Origin: Nemertoderma westbladi
Lineage: Eukaryota > Animalia > Xenacoelomorpha
Direction of reading: 5' to 3'
NCBI GenBank assembly: GCA_032718475.1
Contig: JAUCBJ010001486.1
Span: 32,458-96,457, forward strand
Length of the DNA stretch: 64,000 nucleotides
This document shows, piece after piece, positions 49,053 through 60,889 of this stretch. Under the pieces are notes generated by a model, which did no database searches, was not told the DNA's origin, and saw nothing but the letters and a program-made list of their open reading frames with translations. Within the stretch, counting starts at the first letter, position 1, and each line of letters starts with the position of its first letter. Position numbers and translations under genes: made by a program.

Positions 49053-50405
49053 TGTACGCGCTTTTGAAGACCTTTAGCAGTTTAACCTGCCAAAATTTAT
49101 ATGTCTTTTGGTTTATAAATAGACTTTAGAAGTTGACAAATATTTAATACCAATAAACACAACATTAGCAGAAGCCAGCCTAGTGCGCATCCATTCACCC
49201 GCTGGATATACCCGGGAGACTGGATTCTGAGGGCTTAGATTATTATTGCAGTGTAAGCTTACTGTATTATTCGATTGATCGTTAATAATTAATTTCTGAC
49301 TAATATTATTCACTTTCGGGAAATATTAACAGTTCCTTTAGGACGTGGCGCTCTATCTAGGTAAACAGAGATATGACTTATACTAATCACAACGGTAAGT
49401 CGGTAAGGCTTATGATTCACGTATGAGGCGCATTCTTTAGGAAATGCTTAGTTATCAGTCACAATCATGCACACTACCGGTACCGGTAACACACAATACT
49501 GCTCACTAATTTGCCGACCGTCAATGAATTTTATCATATATAAAGAGAACAGCAACGGACTCATGTAGTGCTTATCAAATAGCATTAGGTTCACTACAAA
49601 TCACAATAATATAAGTCGCAATCGCTATATATAACCCGTCTCTCTAACCAGTAGTGTATCAAGAAAATTGGGAAATTTGGGTTCTTTATAGATGTTATCC
49701 AAATAATATTCAACCAACTGATACAAAATATGACAACAGCAAACAGCAGCACAACAATGTATGTTGAACCGATAATGCAAGACTGAACGGAGTTGCACCG
49801 ATTGTTATGCACTGATAACAGTTATACGCTCTATAATTTAAGCCTACTAATGTTTCTTCTAAAGTATGAAAACGAGTTGACTCTAGAGCCGGTGTTCCTG
49901 GCCTAGATAGAAACAACACAACAGTAACAAGAAAAACAGTAAGACTGAACACTCCTAGCATGATCTGCCAAAATATCTCCACATCGACAGAAAAAATCGC
50001 TCTGATTGGCTGTTAAGCTAAACAAAGAACCATGTGTCCAATGGCCGTTTCCATGTCAGCAACCAGCTGTTAGATGTCGTAATCTGAATCATCAAGGCTA
50101 AGCTGTGCCAGGGTATTTGGTGCATTGCGGGTTTTTTGCCTTACCATGTCCGCCAAAGCACACATATAGAAGAATGACGTTTATGTCCGTTAAAACACCT
50201 ATAACGGTACCTTGCGGGCGAGGGGGATATATATATAGTTAGAGAGCTTTTTAGAGTATTCCAGCGCCTGGGGGGAAACTGGATTGCAAAGCAAAAGGGC
50301 CAGTTATATCCCACAGAAGCTTTTACACCGCTCCCAGAAAATGGGATTTGAGTCTATAAAATATACAAAATCACAGTTTCTAATATACGTAAATACTCTA
50401 AACAG

Positions 50406-51749
50406 TTAGTCTTTCTTACGCGGACGGCGTTTACGCAGTTTTTTAAAGCTAGCCAGAGTCTCTTTCTCTTTGGGGCGAGCCACTTTACAAGGAGGGCTAT
50501 AACTCCTGGGTGAAGGGTGCAATATGATTGCATCAGAGGGTGTAGGATTATGGTCGGTGTATCCGCCAGTCGAAGTACCGGGTTGATTGACATCAACGTC
50601 GGGGGAGAGGGGTCTAACGGCTTTGAGAGCTCGTTTTAAGACAGCCGCTCTTATGGGTCCTTTACGAGTGGTCTGAACGAGAGCCGTGGGTGGACCATAG
50701 GCAGTTAGAAACCTCCGGGGTTAAATGGTTCTTTCCAACTCGCGTTCGCAGGCTCAGTATTCATAAGGCCGTCGATATACTTCCTGTAACTCGGGGTGTG
50801 AGTTAACAAATAAGTCTCCATAGTCCGGGTCCTGACGGATATAATTGATTAAGCTATAGGAATGAAGGTCGCTAGGATTAACACTCCTGAGAAATTTGCG
50901 TACGAACTTGGTGGAAATGCATTCTCCAATGCGCTTCAGTAGTTCGTAACTCGATATGCGTGATTTCTGTTCGACAGAAGCGAATAGATAAGGATGGAAC
51001 GCATAAACTCCTTCGTAAGCGCGTCCAGGATAATAATGATGGTGCGAATCACAATGTAAATCAGCGTCCGCTTCCCAAGCTCTGATGTAACGTAGTGTGA
51101 TCATTTCATCTACGCTTTCCAAATCGTGATTAAAAAGGGCAATCGAAACTGGCGCGTCTCTTTAGTTGACAATGTTGCCATTGAGTCATAAATTGAGGGC
51201 AAACTGCAAAAATGTGCAAGTTATTGAGTCTGCAATACGCGCAATAAATTTCCATCGCCGGTTGTTCGTGGAAATAGGAACAGCGGACGTTTGTGTCCAT
51301 GGGCGTAACATGGTCTCTCGATGCGCATAACCGACAACGTTGCCGAGAAACATAGTTGGCATGGCGATAATCGTACGCAGTGAGACACTGTGGACCTTGA
51401 TACCATTCTAGGATGTAATCGTTGTCGCTGTTCCGGGCGCGATAGGCTGAATCTCCTCAGATTCTAGGCATATTGGTTCGTCTTCCCAGTCTGTTACGAA
51501 TAGAATTTTCGTGATCTATTTTCGGTTTATCGTTACGACTCCGCTGGGTATGATATTTAAATAGAACCATTTCCCTTTCGGTGTCTACATCGTCCGTATC
51601 ATGTAAATCGATAGGATGGCCGGTAGTTAGGAAGTCCATATACATACCATTACGATGCGTATAGTGAGCGGTGAATTTTCGATAGTCCAATTCACGCGTA
51701 AGTTGCTCTTGGGACATCGGCGGTTCGATATAACGACCATCGTCCTCCG
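50406..51749 (-). pseudogene. Accessory 3' ORF of BEL copy B (internally deleted; Zn-knuckle-like motifs; basic C-terminus)
   Basis: Reads EDDGRYIEPPMSQE..., then past a TGA to CRLCASRDH..CAYCRLNNLHIFAVC..HCQLKRRASFDC. A 1-nt slip near 51132 leads into ORF 50754-51122, and the same frame continues through two stops to KKLRKRRPRKKD* at 50406. Confidence 0.7.
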
Positions 51750-54700
51750 GCGCTGACGTTTTCTTGCTGCGCAAACCACTTAGTTCGAAGTTGTAGCGTG
51801 GGCAGATAATGTTTCTCAAAATGGTCAGCGAAACGACGGGATAGCAACTGCATAAGTTGCCAAGTTCGACGGCAGTATTCGTCTCCGTCGGCAATCTCCG
51901 ATCGTGGGAGCATGGCTACAGGTTTCTTCAGTAGGAAGTGCGCGGGTGTTAGCGCTTCCAGGGAATCGGGACTCGATGAGACTGGCATAAGCGGTCTCTC
52001 GTTGAGATAGGCAGCTATTTCCTCCATTAACGTCCGCAAAAGTTCGTCGGTGAGGTACGCGCGGCATGGCACTATAAAGTGAAATGCAGTTTTGACATTT
52101 CGAATTAATCTCTCCCAACTTCCTCCCCACCAAGGGGCGTCAGCGGCGTTGAAGGTCCAGCTAGACGCTGTTATCCTTAGCTGGTCGTCCACCTGTCTTT
52201 GGTTCCAGTCCTTCACGTAAGCCTGTATTTCGTTGTTGGCACCAATGAAGTTCGTTCCCTTATCCGATCTCATGGTATTACTCGTCCCGAAGCGAGCGAT
52301 CTGTCGCCGTAGACTTAAGACGAAGCTATTGGTAGATAGATCGTTCACCATATCGAGATGGATGGCTCTACAGGTCATGCATACGAAGATGACACACCAT
52401 CTCTTGACTATAGTCCTAGCACGATATACTTCAATAGGGCCAAATAAATCTACACCAGTATTAGTAAAAGGTGGTTCATAGAAGCTTACTCGTTCCCTAG
52501 GTAATTCTGCCTCTCGCTGTGTTAAAGGCCTACTGAATGCTTTCCTACAGGGTATGCAGTTCCTAAGAACTTGGTTCAGAGCTCTACGGGGTTTATCAAA
52601 ATAATAGCGAGTTCGAATTTCGCTAAGAACTCGTTCTCTACCAGCATGATAAAGTTTACTGTGAACATCTACAATCATCTTGATTTGTACTTCAAGATTT
52701 CTAATGAGTATGGGGAATTTAGTGTCAAAGGATAATGGCGCATTGGTGAGTCTTCCTCCAACACGTATTAACCCATCTATCATTGTGCTAGAGAATCGAT
52801 CCCTTAAGCGCATCTGCGGATTTCTCAACAACAGGAAATACTTTTTGGAATCCTCATAGCATTGCAGGAGTCTCAGTATCTGCTTATTGGTTTCTTCATG
52901 CTCCGGGTGACTAATTTTCTCCTTTAGAAAACGGTCAGATGTCTTATATTTGGGTAAATTTTTAATAACATGAACTTGCGCAGATGTCAATGGAGCGGTA
53001 TCACTAATGGTCTTCGTCCTGGAGTAGTGATGATGAAAACATCTCCTTAAATATGTGACGGCTTTACAGAGCCGATTCCAGGAACTGTAGTGATGCATTG
53101 CTCTCTGCAGCATAGGTGAGATTCCTTGCGAGACGTCTGGTATTCCAGATTTCCAATCTCTATCTCTAATTTCCACAACAGACTTATTTGTGTTGAGGGA
53201 TTGTGGATCCGAAGCATCATTCCCGGAAGTATGTAATACAGATAGATCGATAGTCGGTTTAAATAACTTCGATTTACTCGCCCGGGTTTTAGGTTTGACT
53301 GTCTCCGCTCCCTTGGCTTGTCTAATCTCCGCCGTAGTAAGGTGAGGAGGCCATTCATCCTCTTCCTTGCTCAGGAAGTCTGGTCCACCCAACCAATCTG
53401 GAGTATCTATCAGCTCCTGTGGAGTTGCTCCCCTGGAGGCGATATCGGCTGGATTAATCGTACCAGGGCAATGTCTCCATTGATCTATCTTTGTGCGACT
53501 AAGAATAATAGCTACCCTGTTAGTAACAAAAACGCTGAACTGACAGACTTCATTGGTTAGATATTCCAACACGAGTAAAGCGTCGGTCCAATAAACCGTT
53601 TTCTCCAGTGGATAGTCGATTTGTTCCGTTACGTTCCAGCCGATGGCTGTAGCGTATAAAGCCGCCTTTAACTCCGCTCGAGGAACCTTTAACTTGTTGT
53701 TAATCAATGCCTTAGAGGTAACCAAGGCGACTTTGATTCCATCCGGGGTTTCGACTCGCAGATATGCTACTATACCTATTCCCATGTCGCTGGCATCTCC
53801 AAACACATGGAGTTGATAGGAATACGTAGGAAGAACATGGCCAAAATATGCACGGGAAATTATAAAGTTCTCGATGGCAGGTAGAGAATCTTCCCATTTC
53901 ATCCATTTCTTTAACAATTCTCCCTTAAGCGGATCGTCCCATGAGTGGTTTTCAAGCCACATTTGTTGTACTAAACTCCGAGCAATCAATATAACTGGGC
54001 TTATAAATCCCAATGGGTCGAAATAAGTGCTCAGGATACTTAAACAGATCCGTTTGGTCCGAACTGGATTATCTCGCTGTTTTAACTGAAAAAACAGGAT
54101 GTCTCTTTCAGTGTCCCACTTCAAGCCTAGCGTCTTGGTTTCAGGAAGATCGTCCTTTATTAAGTCTAGGTCTTTCGTTCCTCGGTCTTCTACCGGTATG
54201 GCTTCCAGAAACTCACGGGAGTTGCTAGTGAATTTCGTCAGTCGAAATCCACCTCTTTTCAAACACTCTACCGTTCCTTTCGCGACATCTATGGCTTCTT
54301 CTACTGATGGAAGGGACCTTAAATTGTCGTCCATGTATATATTACGTTTTATGTTGTCTATCACTTCTTTTGAGAAGGAGTCTCGGTTGTCATTCGCAGT
54401 GGTTCGCACCACGGAGCAGGCGTTGGAAGGGCTTGATATGATTCCAAAAGCCTGGATGGTCATCCAGTACTCTACCGGTTTCTGATTGAGGTCTCCTTCA
54501 GGCCACCACAGAAATCTCAGGCTGTCTCTATCTCTATCCAGCGCCTTGACTTGTAAGAACATTCCTTCTATATCGGAGGCAAACGCGATGGAATATTGTC
54601 TTAATCTTAAAAGTATTCCCAACAAAGATTGGAGTAAGTTGGGTCCTGGTAACAACTCGGAATTGAGGGATTGGCCCATATATAGGGCGGAGCCATCGAA

Positions 54701-57700
54701 TACGACTCGTACTTCGTGGGGTTTACCGGGTTTGGGAACGTAATGATGTGTTAAGTAATACGTTCTCTCAGTCACTGGTGTTCCTTCCGGTACTCGCTCC
54801 GCGTATCCCTTTGTTATAAATTTCTTCAGCTGAGTTTGGTACATTTCTTTAGCTGAAGCATTAGCCGTAAGGCGTCGATGTAATTGAGCGATTCTTTTCT
54901 CTGCCAAGGGTCTGTTATTTATAAATCTAGGTTCTCGTTTTCGAAATGGTAGGCCGATTTCATATCTACCTTGGTCCTTTAAAAAACGTGTAGTTGTTTC
55001 CTGGATTTGCTTGGCTCTTTCTTCTTCTATCGATAGGGCCTTATCATATGAATTAGGCTCTACCAGTTCTTGAGTAAAGAATCGTACGGCTAGTTCGTCC
55101 CGAGTTCTAGCGTTGTAGCGCTCTATCTCATCGTTTAGTTCGTCATTGTAAGCGATGGGTTCCGATGGGCGAATCAGTTGACATAGGTTCACCTGATTTT
55201 TCCAAGTTTGGTTTTCTGTAAGTAGGTCGATTGTGTTCTCTTCATCGAAGAGTTGGTAGATGTCGTCATTATCTGAGGAGTATGGTGTTTTCTCAGTTAG
55301 TTCGTCCACCTCACTGCTCTCCACTTCCCAATCGTTTACTTGGCATATTCGTTCTTGTGGCATTCTCTCTTCGAGAGTCCTGCGGGAAGGGCCAGTAAAG
55401 TACCAACCTACTCTAGTTCTTACCGCATAGGTTTGCAGTGGCTGCGGTTGAGCAGGCCATTTCTCCAATGTTTCGAGCGCCTCATGCGCGTTTTGGCCGA
55501 TGAGTATTTGCACTCCAGGATAATCTGTCTGGAATCGAGGTATCTTAAGATGTTGGATGCTTTCATCCTCGTCCCAATTATAAAGGTCTGCTTGAGTAGT
55601 AGCGAAGTTCTTTATAGCCACCATTTTTACCGACCTTATACCTTGTGCTCCTAACTTATCCTGGGGGGTGGACAATACACCTACATAGTAATCTGCCGTT
55701 AGGGTAGATTTCCAAACCTGCATAATTCCTGACATATTCAATTTAGTCCGGAATTTGGGTTGTCCAGCAAAGATATCTTCGGCTGGTTCTTGATCGATGA
55801 ATGTTCCTGTACTGCCGGAGTCAAGGAGGGCGTTCACTATGTAACTGTTGTTAAGACCGTGAACTCTTACCTGCACTACAGGAAATTCTCTGATTCCTAC
55901 ATTGGAAGTTGGAGCTTTCCAAGATGGTTGTCTGTCAAAGGTAGTTGGGGGGAACTCATTTTCGGTGTCCTTTTCATAAGTAAGTGCTCGATACACCGCG
56001 GTATTGATTAGGTAACAGGATTCGTTGGCGTCGGAGAATTCGTCAGTATAGAATCCTCCCATCTCAGACTCCTGATCAGTGTCATTTACATCACTGAATT
56101 GGACATGTAGTTCGGGCTCACTTACCTGACTCTGTTTGTCTCGTTCGAACTCACTGTGTAACAAGATGTGATGTTTCGCGCCACACTTTGCACACTTTAT
56201 GTCGGAGTAACAGGTTCGCCGTTGGTGTCCTGGTCTGAGGCAATTATAGCATAACCGCTTATCCCACACGACTGCACGTCTGTCTACAAGGGATTTCTTT
56301 AGAAATTCAGCACACGCACTCAAACGGTGGGTTCCGTCGCACAGCGCACAGTTAGGTTTTATGTTACTCACTTTACCTTGGGTAACTTGATGCACTCTCG
56401 TTCTTTCTTCGGGTTTTCTTCGGTGCATTCTGTTAGGAGACTGAGGAGGGGTCTTGGCAACCTGTTCTCTCCTATCGTTGTTTCGAGCCTTGTATTTACT
56501 TACGTCTTTTGAGGTTTTGTCAACATAGTAAGATCGATCAGTGTCTTTCCCGCTGTCCTCTTCTTGAGAAGCTTGGCTTTCGCCGTCGTCAGTGTAACAC
56601 ACCGGTGTTACTCTTCTCCTAGAAGCGGGTTTCTCACTTACCTTATTTTCCGATGTTTTCTCTCTGGACTGCTTGATGAGTTGTAGTTTTACTTCACCAT
56701 CTAAGAAGGACATGAGATCAGCCATGGTAGGGCTTCGTCGTTGCTGCTCATTCATATACAACACTTTCTTGTCCCAGCGTGTACATACTCCACCCTTTGG
56801 TAAAGTAGAGACTACTGCTCCAATAACCATGGAACTCTGATATTCATGAGACTTACCTAACCAGTCCAGTTGTCTACAGATCTCTTGAATCTCATCAGAA
56901 AACTCTATAATCCTGCTATTAAGGAAGTTTCGGGGGGCTACTAATTTTGCATACAAATACTTAGCTATGTTATCCTTGTTACCATACCTGATGTTTAATG
57001 TATCCCAAACTTGTCTTAATCCTTCTGGATGTCCAATGAACTTTAACGCCATTAACTTGGGAGGTCCTTCCAAGCACTTGATGAGGAACCTAAGTTTCTC
57101 TCCGTTAGATAGCACAGAGTTCTGTATGCTGTCTTTGTAATATTCGTTGAAAGGTAACCATTTCATCTCATCTCCATTGAATTTGACGATCTCTCCCACT
57201 TTGACCGCTTGGCGGGCTTCTGTTCTAGCCATCTGACGCGTAAAGCTTTCTTGGGCCATCGTGTTATTTAATATCGAATTATCGGTATATAAATTTCTCG
57301 GATCATTATCAGGTCTATAGGGAATATCATTAACAACAGGTCTATAATCACCCTTAATAGGGTTTGCTATAGGAGTTTCTACTTCACTAGCAGTATAGAT
57401 GCGTGTAGGCTCCACACCTTGCGCATGTAATACTTCAGACCTAACAGGCTGACACAATGTTACAGGGGGTATGGGTATACCCTTTTGTATGTTGACTAAT
57501 TTGTCGCGTTCCAGCGCGATACTTTGTTGCACTTCTTGCAATTCTGCCCTACCTTCCCTTACTGTTCCCTTAATTTGGTAGACAGTCTCCTGCATCTGTC
57601 CGAGCAGGAGATTCATCCCCCGCCGTCCCTCCTCTACCCACTCGACCGCCGAAGCGGGAGTCGCCAACATTGTAGCGGGCTGACGTGGGACGACGGGAGA

Positions 57701-59569
57701 CAAATCTTTGATTTCTCTCTCAGCTTCCAGGACAGGGATATTCTCATGGACTGTTCTACCGGGTACAGGCAGTGTAGTACTGTGTAAAGGGAATTTAGAG
57801 TTAAGCTCTGGAAGTACAGGGGTCTCTAGCACAGTAGTGGCTTTGGGAACGACAGGCCCAATTATTTCAGGCTCATCAACTATTGTAGGGAGTCTTTTGA
57901 CCTTAATAATTTGGTCTGTAGGTTCTATACTACCTAAGTCTGGGCTAGCTAGTTGTCTTCTAACCGCTGGGGGCAAATCAGGCAATTTGTGATGGTGAGA
58001 TGTTTTTCTACGCCTGCTTAGACGAGATCTATTTCCTCCGCCTTCAGGATCGGTGGTTTCGCTTTCCTCTGATGAGGTGTATCCCTGGCGTTTGGGAGTA
58101 GATCTTCTCATCATCTGCATGTGACTAGCAGTTAACTGTTTATTTATGTTGTCTTGCGTCTCTTGAAGATTTTCCAACTCCAGTTGTGTGGTCTCCTCAG
58201 ACGCTCTCCGTTCTGCTTCTGCTACTGCCTTTGCTGCTTTTCTTTCTGCTTCTGCTTCTGCCGCCGCTGCCTTTCTTTCTGCTTCTACTTCTGCCATTGC
58301 CGCTGTTACTTTTCTTTCTGCTTCTGCTTCTGCCGCCGCTGCCTTTCTTTCTGCTTCTACTTCTGCCATTGCCGCTGTTACTGCAGCTGCCTTTCGGTCC
58401 TCTATCCGTTTTTTCTTTACTAGTTCTTCTTGGACTCTAGTGAGGCGGAGTTTTTCATCAAACTCAGCTTGGTTAGCAGCTAACATTTCAGCATCGATTG
58501 AGTCTAACACACACTGGGTTCCTTCACTATTAGGGGAAAGTCCAGACAGCCGTCTCCTCAACTCTTCGTCTCCTAGGAATCGCTGATAGTCGGACAGATA
58601 TATGTCGATGGCGTCTCTCGTTCGTGGTCTCTCTGCGGTCTCTTCGCCTTCCACTTGAGAAAGGGTGGCATCGGTTGGTTCTTCATAGGTTAGTCTCTCA
58701 GACAGCTGGGATTTCCACTGGTCCGTTTCTTGTACTTTGAGACCTACCCGCTGGAACCAAGTTTTGACAGCAACCTGCAGCGACGTGTCCTGTCTTCTTT
58801 TGGAAGTTTCCTCAAAGGCTGATAGGATTAGTCTAATGCGTAGGGTTCTTTCGCGTACTTGATATAGCAGCTCTTCCTGCTCTTGAGGTCCTTGGGGTTG
58901 TCGAAACAGTTGTTCTTCCAATCGCTCTAAGGAGCCGAAGAATCCCTGCACATATCCTGCTGCCGACCTCTTCCAAACAGCTGGATCCATCGTATCTTTA
59001 GCCACTCCCATCCTGTGTATATCTTCCCAAGTAGCTTCGGACAAATCTAACGGGAGTCCGGGTCCGGGAAAGTTCCATTGTGACTCGACAACAGACATCA
59101 ATTCTTCGCTGGCGTATCCTGCATAATTATCTTGGGTCGCTCTCATACTTCTCGCCCAATCGGCTTGATGTTCTTCCACCGCAATCAATATAGTAGTTAG
59201 TACTGCGGCAGGAAGGGTGAGAAGGGGGTCCGAGTAGGCTGTAGCCGCCATCTGCAATCCGCGTTCGGGGGTCAGCTCTACAGTATCCGAACTACTGGAG
59301 CTATCTGATCGCTGGGAACAAGTTTCTTGACTAGGATGTTGCTGCTGTTGGACAGCTGCTTCCTGGTTCCGTTTGACTTGGGCCCGAGTGCCGATGATAG
59401 ACCTACGGTGTTGGATTAGCTTAGGGTCTGATACTACTACTGGAGGGATGACCTTTCTTTCAGTAGGAGGTGAGCTGAACTCCTTTCTTAATCGCTCCAC
59501 ACTCCTATCTGTGTCACAGATGGTTGTATCGATTAGACTGTCTGACAGGTTTTGCTGGGTGTCAGACAT
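51692..59569 (-). CDS. BEL/Pao Gag-Pol polyprotein (2625 aa; integrase C-terminus truncated by deletion)
   Basis: CALC..H..C / CYNC..H..C / CAKC..H..H Gag knuckles, ALLDSGS protease, YMDD RT, HVFGDAS RNase H, HAG..CIPC plus DLFGP/SDKGTNF/WERL integrase. Confidence 0.97.
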   Translation of the reverse strand: MSDTQQNLSDSLIDTTICDTDRSVERLRKEFSSPPTERKVIPPVVVSDPKLIQHRRSIIGTRAQVKRNQEAAVQQQQHPSQETCSQRSDSSSSSDTVELTPERGLQMAATAYSDPLLTLPAAVLTTILIAVEEHQADWARSMRATQDNYAGYASEELMSVVESQWNFPGPGLPLDLSEATWEDIHRMGVAKDTMDPAVWKRSAAGYVQGFFGSLERLEEQLFRQPQGPQEQEELLYQVRERTLRIRLILSAFEETSKRRQDTSLQVAVKTWFQRVGLKVQETDQWKSQLSERLTYEEPTDATLSQVEGEETAERPRTRDAIDIYLSDYQRFLGDEELRRRLSGLSPNSEGTQCVLDSIDAEMLAANQAEFDEKLRLTRVQEELVKKKRIEDRKAAAVTAAMAEVEAERKAAAAEAEAERKVTAAMAEVEAERKAAAAEAEAERKAAKAVAEAERRASEETTQLELENLQETQDNINKQLTASHMQMMRRSTPKRQGYTSSEESETTDPEGGGNRSRLSRRRKTSHHHKLPDLPPAVRRQLASPDLGSIEPTDQIIKVKRLPTIVDEPEIIGPVVPKATTVLETPVLPELNSKFPLHSTTLPVPGRTVHENIPVLEAEREIKDLSPVVPRQPATMLATPASAVEWVEEGRRGMNLLLGQMQETVYQIKGTVREGRAELQEVQQSIALERDKLVNIQKGIPIPPVTLCQPVRSEVLHAQGVEPTRIYTASEVETPIANPIKGDYRPVVNDIPYRPDNDPRNLYTDNSILNNTMAQESFTRQMARTEARQAVKVGEIVKFNGDEMKWLPFNEYYKDSIQNSVLSNGEKLRFLIKCLEGPPKLMALKFIGHPEGLRQVWDTLNIRYGNKDNIAKYLYAKLVAPRNFLNSRIIEFSDEIQEICRQLDWLGKSHEYQSSMVIGAVVSTLPKGGVCTRWDKKVLYMNEQQRRSPTMADLMSFLDGEVKLQLIKQSREKTSENKVSEKPASRRRVTPVCYTDDGESQASQEEDSGKDTDRSYYVDKTSKDVSKYKARNNDRREQVAKTPPQSPNRMHRRKPEERTRVHQVTQGKVSNIKPNCALCDGTHRLSACAEFLKKSLVDRRAVVWDKRLCYNCLRPGHQRRTCYSDIKCAKCGAKHHILLHSEFERDKQSQVSEPELHVQFSDVNDTDQESEMGGFYTDEFSDANESCYLINTAVYRALTYEKDTENEFPPTTFDRQPSWKAPTSNVGIREFPVVQVRVHGLNNSYIVNALLDSGSTGTFIDQEPAEDIFAGQPKFRTKLNMSGIMQVWKSTLTADYYVGVLSTPQDKLGAQGIRSVKMVAIKNFATTQADLYNWDEDESIQHLKIPRFQTDYPGVQILIGQNAHEALETLEKWPAQPQPLQTYAVRTRVGWYFTGPSRRTLEERMPQERICQVNDWEVESSEVDELTEKTPYSSDNDDIYQLFDEENTIDLLTENQTWKNQVNLCQLIRPSEPIAYNDELNDEIERYNARTRDELAVRFFTQELVEPNSYDKALSIEEERAKQIQETTTRFLKDQGRYEIGLPFRKREPRFINNRPLAEKRIAQLHRRLTANASAKEMYQTQLKKFITKGYAERVPEGTPVTERTYYLTHHYVPKPGKPHEVRVVFDGSALYMGQSLNSELLPGPNLLQSLLGILLRLRQYSIAFASDIEGMFLQVKALDRDRDSLRFLWWPEGDLNQKPVEYWMTIQAFGIISSPSNACSVVRTTANDNRDSFSKEVIDNIKRNIYMDDNLRSLPSVEEAIDVAKGTVECLKRGGFRLTKFTSNSREFLEAIPVEDRGTKDLDLIKDDLPETKTLGLKWDTERDILFFQLKQRDNPVRTKRICLSILSTYFDPLGFISPVILIARSLVQQMWLENHSWDDPLKGELLKKWMKWEDSLPAIENFIISRAYFGHVLPTYSYQLHVFGDASDMGIGIVAYLRVETPDGIKVALVTSKALINNKLKVPRAELKAALYATAIGWNVTEQIDYPLEKTVYWTDALLVLEYLTNEVCQFSVFVTNRVAIILSRTKIDQWRHCPGTINPADIASRGATPQELIDTPDWLGGPDFLSKEEDEWPPHLTTAEIRQAKGAETVKPKTRASKSKLFKPTIDLSVLHTSGNDASDPQSLNTNKSVVEIRDRDWKSGIPDVSQGISPMLQRAMHHYSSWNRLCKAVTYLRRCFHHHYSRTKTISDTAPLTSAQVHVIKNLPKYKTSDRFLKEKISHPEHEETNKQILRLLQCYEDSKKYFLLLRNPQMRLRDRFSSTMIDGLIRVGGRLTNAPLSFDTKFPILIRNLEVQIKMIVDVHSKLYHAGRERVLSEIRTRYYFDKPRRALNQVLRNCIPCRKAFSRPLTQREAELPRERVSFYEPPFTNTGVDLFGPIEVYRARTIVKRWCVIFVCMTCRAIHLDMVNDLSTNSFVLSLRRQIARFGTSNTMRSDKGTNFIGANNEIQAYVKDWNQRQVDDQLRITASSWTFNAADAPWWGGSWERLIRNVKTAFHFIVPCRAYLTDELLRTLMEEIAAYLNERPLMPVSSSPDSLEALTPAHFLLKKPVAMLPRSEIADGDEYCRRTWQLMQLLSRRFADHFEKHYLPTLQLRTKWFAQQENVSAGGRWSLYRTADVPRATYA

Positions 59570-60889
59570 GTTTAGCTATACAGTTGAATGTCTACTGCTA
59601 TAGTTACAGTTAAAGCAAGTCTATTAATTCAGTATGACCGTTGGCCTAGTACCGGTAATTTATTGCAGTATATTAGAATACCGGTATACACTTATAATAT
59701 ATATAAGTATTGTAAACTAGTTTTGTCACAGAGTACCGGTATATAAGTTTAGCACAAATATATATAAATATATAATAGGCCTATCGTGAATACCGGTATA
59801 CAGCTTACACTTATAGTATATATAAGTATAATTATGAACTAGAATTAATTACAGAGTACCGGTATGATTTCAGCCCAAATTTATAGAAATAAATATAATA
59901 AGCCTATGGTAAATACCGGTATGTCAATTATTTTAGAAAAATTGAATTTCTGAATATTTTAGGGTTACTTGGTTACTTTAACTTACTTTATTACCGTTAT
60001 TTAAGCAGTAGTCCAACTGATATTGAGACCTAGTTGTTGTATGGCAGGCCTACTATTGATAAATCGTTTGAGTTGATTTATAATATTTATATACCCGTTT
60101 AAGATGGGTTTTGTCAATATTCGAAATAAATGTTATTATTTCTGGGGGGTCACTACACAGAAGCTGTGCGCTCTCAGTGAAGTGTTAATTATTGGACACT
60201 AAAACAGATAATTATAATTTACCTAAGTTACTTAATACTACAAATTACGTACGATACGGGTGAGATTAAATCTCTAATTAAACACAACAAAAATATTACG
60301 TACGAAATTTTAGGGTAATTTTACAGGAAGTCTACAAACCAGCCTAACAAAGGGCTAGATTTCTGGTTATTACAACGGACAGGGTACTACGGTATTTGAA
60401 AATAATAAGTAGTAGTAAATATATTGCACTGTCCAGATAGGAAAATACCACCGCCTGACGACCTATAGCTGTATCGCTATAGGTACTACGTTATGTATCA
60501 CGGAGTGTTCCTACCTGGAAGTTAATTACCGCGGACTACCAGATCCAACGTGCCTATTAACCACTTTACAACACAAATATACTGCCTACACACTAATTAC
60601 TTCGGAAAGCACTGTACACTAAACCCTAAATTAGGTACAAGTACTGGTACAACAAATAATCAGTAGTTAAATATACTTGAACAGTTAAAAGAACCACGGC
60701 ATCTGCTGGAGTGACCGAAGCACAAAGTCACCAGTCTTTTCCTACGCCAAGCAGCCCGTGTAGTACCGGGGTTAATTTAACTATAACGGTATGTGTAACA
60801 AACACAATTACTGTAGGAATAAACTTGGGGACATGAATGTTGCGAATAATCGCATAAACTCTGAATAATAAATATTACGCTACCCGTAC

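Noticed and set aside
39212-58586. Antisense ORFs overlapping BEL gag-pol (e.g. 43317-43847, 54099-54485, 58188-58586)
   Set aside because: Shadows of the coding strand and of the Ala/Glu/Lys repeats; no independent motifs.
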